From NCBI GenBank assembly GCA_051532035.1, contig JAOPTW010000013.1, positions 333,345 through 397,344 on the forward strand: a stretch of 64,000 nt of DNA, in the 5' to 3' direction. This DNA comes from Fibrobacterales bacterium (lineage in GTDB: Bacteria > Fibrobacterota > Fibrobacteria > Fibrobacterales > JAOPTW01). Shown one piece after another: positions 59,109 through 64,000 of this stretch; within the stretch, counting starts at the first letter, position 1; every line of letters starts with the position of its first letter. The notes beneath the pieces were generated by a model, which made no database searches, had not been told where the DNA came from, and worked only from the letters and a program-made list of their open reading frames with translations. Position numbers and translations under genes: made by a program.

Positions 59109-60572
59109 ATGATTAGAATACTATATCTCATAGTTGTTATTATTTTGATTGGATGTACTGTAACATCTAGTGAATCAGGTGATTACATTACGGGTATCAC
59201 TATTACTGGGTCAGGCAAAACCTCTTCTTCCTTAAAATTGGCTTCAAATGTTATTTCAAAAGAAACCAAGGTACCACTGACCGGTGTCATGGTCTATTTG
59301 TATCCAACACAATCAGAAAGTAGACCAGTCGATTCTGTCATATCAAATACAGATGCTCGTTTTACTTTTTCTGATGTACCAAGGGGTGAATACGTTATCA
59401 TGGCCGCACTCTCTGATTCGCTCGGCGGTATCCATCGGAGTATAACAGTATCATCAGAGGTTCAATCAAAAGATCTTATCGAAGTACACCTTCAAGAATA
59501 TAAGAATACCCCTCTTACAACTGTTGACTCCGCTATAACAGCATTGAGCTATTTTCATATACCATTGAAGAAACAGGGAGATACCTATATATTCCCATGG
59601 CTTGAAGGCGTTACCCAATTTGCACAGCATTACACTTCTGGTTCACCGAACGAACCTACCAGTACATCGGTATCCTATGACCTCCCTACACAGAGTACCT
59701 ATCTAGAATCAGATATATCTAACCACTCGTCATCGAGCATAGCGGTACTTTCTTCTCCCGATGGTTCTCTAGAACTAGCTCTATCGTCTGTTGTTCAAAT
59801 GAGTAGCAGTATACTATACGAAGTATCATCGTCGGAGAACTCACTCCTTTCCTCTTCCCACGAAGTATCGTCGTCAGAAAACACACTACTCTCCTCATCC
59901 CATGAAGTGAACGATACTACACTCCTTACCTACATACCCTTCAATGATAATTTTGATAATATGGTCCCTGCCGAAGCATATATCCATGACGACAGCACTC
60001 TCACCTTTGGTGCTGGTATCGATTCATCTGGTATAAGAATATTAGATAATCACAAATACGCCACATTTACGAGCCAAGTCCGTATCTATAATAACGAAAC
60101 CTTTTCTATATCATTCTGGGTTAATTCTGACACATTAGACACTCGTCAAGATCTATTTACTCAAAGATATTCATATGATTACGAGACAGTACAAGAGTAT
60201 GCAATACGTATCAATGAAAGTAATATGGTAGAATTTAAAGTGATCGATGATTCTACCAATTATTACAGTAACTGTATTTCTCAAAACCCCATTGAAGAAA
60301 ACACCTGGTATCATATCCTTGCAACATTTAATGGAGAGACTCAAAACCTCTATATAGATGGTATACACAACACATCAACTCCATCACAGGGGTTACATTT
60401 AAATACAATCACATTATTTGGGTTGGCGAATATACGCAGTCTTCACTTTTTCCAAGACACCATAAGTAATTTTATTGGCACAATTGATGAGTTTAAATAC
60501 TGGGACAGAGAGCTCACAGAATCTGATGTTCTCTTTGAATTTAATCAAATCAATACAGAAAAAAACGAGTGA
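59109..60572 (+). CDS. Lipoprotein: carboxypeptidase-regulatory-like domain, Ser-rich linker and LamG/ConA-like domain
   Basis: Lipobox LIGC. FTFSDVPRGEY. Duplicated EVSSSENxLLSSSH. FSISFWV...WYHILAT...LYIDG...FIGTIDEFKYW. Confidence 0.82.
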   Translation: MIRILYLIVVIILIGCTVTSSESGDYITGITITGSGKTSSSLKLASNVISKETKVPLTGVMVYLYPTQSESRPVDSVISNTDARFTFSDVPRGEYVIMAALSDSLGGIHRSITVSSEVQSKDLIEVHLQEYKNTPLTTVDSAITALSYFHIPLKKQGDTYIFPWLEGVTQFAQHYTSGSPNEPTSTSVSYDLPTQSTYLESDISNHSSSSIAVLSSPDGSLELALSSVVQMSSSILYEVSSSENSLLSSSHEVSSSENTLLSSSHEVNDTTLLTYIPFNDNFDNMVPAEAYIHDDSTLTFGAGIDSSGIRILDNHKYATFTSQVRIYNNETFSISFWVNSDTLDTRQDLFTQRYSYDYETVQEYAIRINESNMVEFKVIDDSTNYYSNCISQNPIEENTWYHILATFNGETQNLYIDGIHNTSTPSQGLHLNTITLFGLANIRSLHFFQDTISNFIGTIDEFKYWDRELTESDVLFEFNQINTEKNE

Positions 60573-60715
60573 ATGACCCATCTTACCCATAGGTTTATAT
60601 AGGCGTCTCTTAAATACCACTTTAATTTTTCATCTGTCACAACCTGATGTGAGAAAAGGTTACCTTCTCGTCGGACAACTTTTTAAACAGGGCAAAAGCG
60701 TCACTGACAAAAAAT

Positions 60716-62479
60716 TTAATTCTTTTTGTACACACGCACGTAATCTACCAAAAACTCCATAGGAAATTTGCTGTGATCCGGAGTTCCTCCCCACCCTCCA
60801 ATCGCAAGATTGAGCAATAAAAACTGAGGTTTTGTATAGGGCCATGCAGCTGGATTATGGTTGTCTCCACCTTGCGGATATGCAGTAAAGAATCGATTTC
60901 CATCAAAAAAGAATTCTATTCTATCATCAAACCACTCAACGGAATAGACATGGAAATTATTTTCAACATCAGCCCATGTAGTACCCTGCTGACCTGTTCC
61001 ACCGAAATAGTTAGGTGCATGCAAAGTACCATGGATCGTACCAGGTGACGTACCTACATACTCCATAATATCAATCTCACCACACCCAGGCCACCCTGCT
61101 CCAGAAAATATATTAGAACCAAGCATCCAAATTGCAGGCCAAGAGCCACTGCCTGCCGGGAGCTGTGCTCTCACATCAACACGACCATAGGTAAAATCGA
61201 AATTCCCATGAGTTTTTAACCGTCCAGAAGTATATTGGTATTTCTTACCGTTACTCTCCCACCAATCTTCTCTTCCTACAATATGCAACATCCCATCTTT
61301 TTGAAAGGTATTTTCAAGGCGTGTTGTATATTTCTGTAATTCATTATTATTTGCACCAGGCTCCATAGTTTCGTGAGCCCACTTGTTGCTGTTAACCTTA
61401 CCATCACCACTAAATTCATCATTCCAGAGAAGCTTCCACCCATCCGGTACAGGAACCGGATTTTTTTTCACGGTAACCGTTACCGAATCACGCGCCTTTG
61501 CGCCATCTTCATCAACAACAATCAATTCTACGGTATTCGTACCTACTGAAAACGTATGAGTAATAACTGCCTCTGTCCCAATTATCTTTTGACCAAACTT
61601 CCATCTATAGGCCTGTATCGGGGAATCGCCCTTGATCGATGCACTCCCATCAAGTGTGACCGCTTTAAGTCCTTCACTGTCTGTATCCACAACTTGAATG
61701 TTACTACCAGCATTGGCTATAAGTATACGCTCAGTCAATATACCTTTTACTACAAGCTCAGCAAATTCTAACGCTCCACCATCATGTATACGTTGTACTC
61801 GTAAATACCGAAAACTCTCAGTTAGTTCAACAGATTGTACCCACCCTTTTTTCAGAGTAAAAAGAGTATTCTCTTCTTCAAGGCCAATTTCGATTCTGCC
61901 AAACTCTACTGAATTATTGAATGATGGATCAGTTGAAGCCAATAGTGCGATATTAGTACGGTGTTTCGGGTATGCTTTATCTGTTCGGGCAAAAAGTTTC
62001 ACCTGAGACACTCTATACAACGCTTGCAGATCGATTTGAAACACTGGATTTTTACGGCTCTCATCAGAAGCCCAATAACTTTTTTTATCGCCATCTATCC
62101 CCCTTTTCCCTTCAAATCCTTTTTTTGATGGTGAAGTGATTACCGGTTTATCTGTAAGATCAATTTTTTCAAACGGCAGGGTGTAGACTATACCCGAGCT
62201 ACTGGAGCCGATCCCTTCACTACCATTACCTGTAGAACTTCCGAGATTATTTCGAGAATTTATAGATGAAGACGACAAGATAGTTGTTAGAACACTGGAA
62301 CTACTTGTAGCAATAGTATCATGAGGATTTAAAATAGACGTTTCATGTTGATCACCTGATGTGTCTATAGTAGTGTCAGGAGAGCTGATATCATCTGAAA
62401 CACAATTACTGAGTAATAATCCGGTACACAACACTATACCCAAAAAACATTTTTTACTTTGAATTATAGAACCAATCAT
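60716..62479 (-). CDS. GH16 laminarinase-type lipoprotein with F5/8-like and PKD domains
   Basis: Lipobox LSNC and Ser-rich linker. WKLLWNDEF, NNELQ, YTSGRL, WPAIWM, catalytic EIDIME, VDYVRVY. PKD ANAG...LDGSAS. Confidence 0.9.
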   Translation of the reverse strand: MIGSIIQSKKCFLGIVLCTGLLLSNCVSDDISSPDTTIDTSGDQHETSILNPHDTIATSSSSVLTTILSSSSINSRNNLGSSTGNGSEGIGSSSSGIVYTLPFEKIDLTDKPVITSPSKKGFEGKRGIDGDKKSYWASDESRKNPVFQIDLQALYRVSQVKLFARTDKAYPKHRTNIALLASTDPSFNNSVEFGRIEIGLEEENTLFTLKKGWVQSVELTESFRYLRVQRIHDGGALEFAELVVKGILTERILIANAGSNIQVVDTDSEGLKAVTLDGSASIKGDSPIQAYRWKFGQKIIGTEAVITHTFSVGTNTVELIVVDEDGAKARDSVTVTVKKNPVPVPDGWKLLWNDEFSGDGKVNSNKWAHETMEPGANNNELQKYTTRLENTFQKDGMLHIVGREDWWESNGKKYQYTSGRLKTHGNFDFTYGRVDVRAQLPAGSGSWPAIWMLGSNIFSGAGWPGCGEIDIMEYVGTSPGTIHGTLHAPNYFGGTGQQGTTWADVENNFHVYSVEWFDDRIEFFFDGNRFFTAYPQGGDNHNPAAWPYTKPQFLLLNLAIGGWGGTPDHSKFPMEFLVDYVRVYKKN

Positions 62480-62672
62480 ATCACCTCCTAAAAACGTGGG
62501 TTTAGGTTGTATACACCTATGAGCGTTTAGAACTCTAAAACTATACTTTTTAAAGCTGAAGGGATTCTTCCTCTATCTGATTCTACACTATTTTACAGTT
62601 GCGAACATTAATAGTACAACAATATTACAATATCACATACTCTTTTTTACTTATTACTATTCATACTGAAAT

Positions 62673-64000
62673 CTACAAACTATATGTCACATTTAAGGAG
62701 AGAGAAAATGGTTCAATTCGATACATACTCATTCTCTGGAACTCATTTCGTTTTGAAAGGTCTTCATCAATCAAATTGAGCAGATTGTACATATTCAGTC
62801 TCATAGTAAAGTTATAAGGAAGTTTATAACTACCACCTAAATTAAGATTGACGGTAGGACCAAATGCTTTTTCTGATTTTGATTCCATAGTATACGCTTG
62901 ATTACTGTTTAAGCTATCACTGTTATATTGTGATGCATCAATAGCACCTTGAAATTTCCAATACGCCTGTAGCGAGCTCTGTACATTAAATTTACTGTTT
63001 ATACTATAGCTGTAGTAGAGTTTAGATATATGATCGGGAAAATCTATGAAGCTATTCCCATATCCGTACTCCATTGCTGTAATAAAAATATTGTTTTCCC
63101 GTTTCAATAGATTAGATTCTAAAATTCTTATATAACTATGCGATCCTCGTATGTGATGATTTCTGTTTCGATACTCTGCTGAGAGTTCTACTCCTGCATA
63201 TTTAACATTACCTAAATCCATTGTTTTACCTAATGTCTCCTCACCACGAGTCCAAACCCATCCAACAGGATTATACAGTGCGCCATAGATTGTCGGTTTA
63301 ACGGTTAGATTTTTAATAGGTTTAAATTCCGGTGAAATCTCAATATAATCTATTGTTTCAACTACTCCTTGATCCTTTTTGGTTTCTAGATACTCAACTC
63401 TGAGGTCGGTTTCATCATTCCTTCTATTTGATCGTGAGTAATTAACTCTATAGAGTGACCAATCATTTGCGGCCCATACTACAGAAGCTCTTGGGGAGTG
63501 CATATATGGGGTGTAATCATGTTTGTCAGAACGAAGTCCGAAGAGTAGATTAACATCCTTACGCGGATGAATCTGCAACTCTCCAATTGATGAAAACATT
63601 GTGGTACTCCAGCTCTCCCCATATTCTTCCTTTCCTTCCACCTCTTGTTTTGTTGAGTTAAGATCTCCCGATACTCTCCATGTGCTATCATTATTAAAAG
63701 TAGAGAGCCCATATGTTTCATAGGTAATTGCAGGCCCAATAGCAATGGAGAATAGATCATGCTTAATTTTAAGGAGCGTTCTTGAATGAAATTCCCGCTC
63801 CTGATTTTCTGTTGGTGCATAGGTTTTATTTAATGTTGGGTTAAACCACGCACTATCTTTTGCGATTGAGTTGATATCTTGGATATCATACCCAACTCGA
63901 GCATCAATCCCAATCATGTCGTTAAAGTAGTGATCAAAACTGGTCATTGCAGAAATTTGGGTGTACCCAAGAAAATTGATTCCAGTCTCTCTAGGATCTT
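62673..64000 (-). CDS. TonB-dependent receptor, C-terminal part (5'-truncated by the window edge)
   Basis: Frame is open to the edge. GLRSDKH...SPRASVVW, amphipathic beta strands, NMYNLLN and a terminal YSL strand. Confidence 0.78.
   Translation of the reverse strand, partial: DPRETGINFLGYTQISAMTSFDHYFNDMIGIDARVGYDIQDINSIAKDSAWFNPTLNKTYAPTENQEREFHSRTLLKIKHDLFSIAIGPAITYETYGLSTFNNDSTWRVSGDLNSTKQEVEGKEEYGESWSTTMFSSIGELQIHPRKDVNLLFGLRSDKHDYTPYMHSPRASVVWAANDWSLYRVNYSRSNRRNDETDLRVEYLETKKDQGVVETIDYIEISPEFKPIKNLTVKPTIYGALYNPVGWVWTRGEETLGKTMDLGNVKYAGVELSAEYRNRNHHIRGSHSYIRILESNLLKRENNIFITAMEYGYGNSFIDFPDHISKLYYSYSINSKFNVQSSLQAYWKFQGAIDASQYNSDSLNSNQAYTMESKSEKAFGPTVNLNLGGSYKLPYNFTMRLNMYNLLNLIDEDLSKRNEFQRMSMYRIEPFSLSLNVTYSL

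Noticed and set aside
1223..63820. Numerous short ORFs nested in or antisense to long genes
   Set aside because: Shadow ORFs without motifs, overlapping well-supported CDSs.

Overview
Gene-dense, AT-rich bacterial DNA, most consistent with a Fibrobacterota (Fibrobacterales-like) organism. This is inferred from a TIGR02147/DUF4423 gene, many exported proteins or lipoproteins with poly-Ser linkers, and T9SS-like C-terminal domains. The window has five parts. (1) Exported carbohydrate-active and adhesin-like proteins: BNR propeller, ricin, a GH6-like candidate, SGNH, Big_2-DUF1554, clan GH-A, GH16, LamG and a collagen/C-type-lectin protein. (2) A housekeeping/translation block: rlmF, MazG-like, ABC exporter, U32 and a KamA radical SAM. 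(3) putA and putP, 22 kb apart. (4) A 17-kb signalling hub: HD-GYP regulator, hybrid kinase, REC-PAS, adenylate cyclase, STK-AAA-GAF-PAS-HK-REC and an MCP. (5) Two tandem CotH kinase lipoproteins, a TIGR02147-lipoprotein-secreted protein operon with upstream TGTCCGCA direct repeats, and a partial TonB-dependent receptor. I saw no rRNA, tRNA, CRISPR array, integrase or transposase. Best novelty candidates: the TIGR02147 operator/lipoprotein module, the collectin-like protein, a CotH/poly-Ser extracytoplasmic phosphorylation hypothesis, a split coiled-coil sensor-kinase pair, a GH6-like enzyme and a KamA gene lacking a canonical start. All family calls come from motifs read by eye; no database searches were run.
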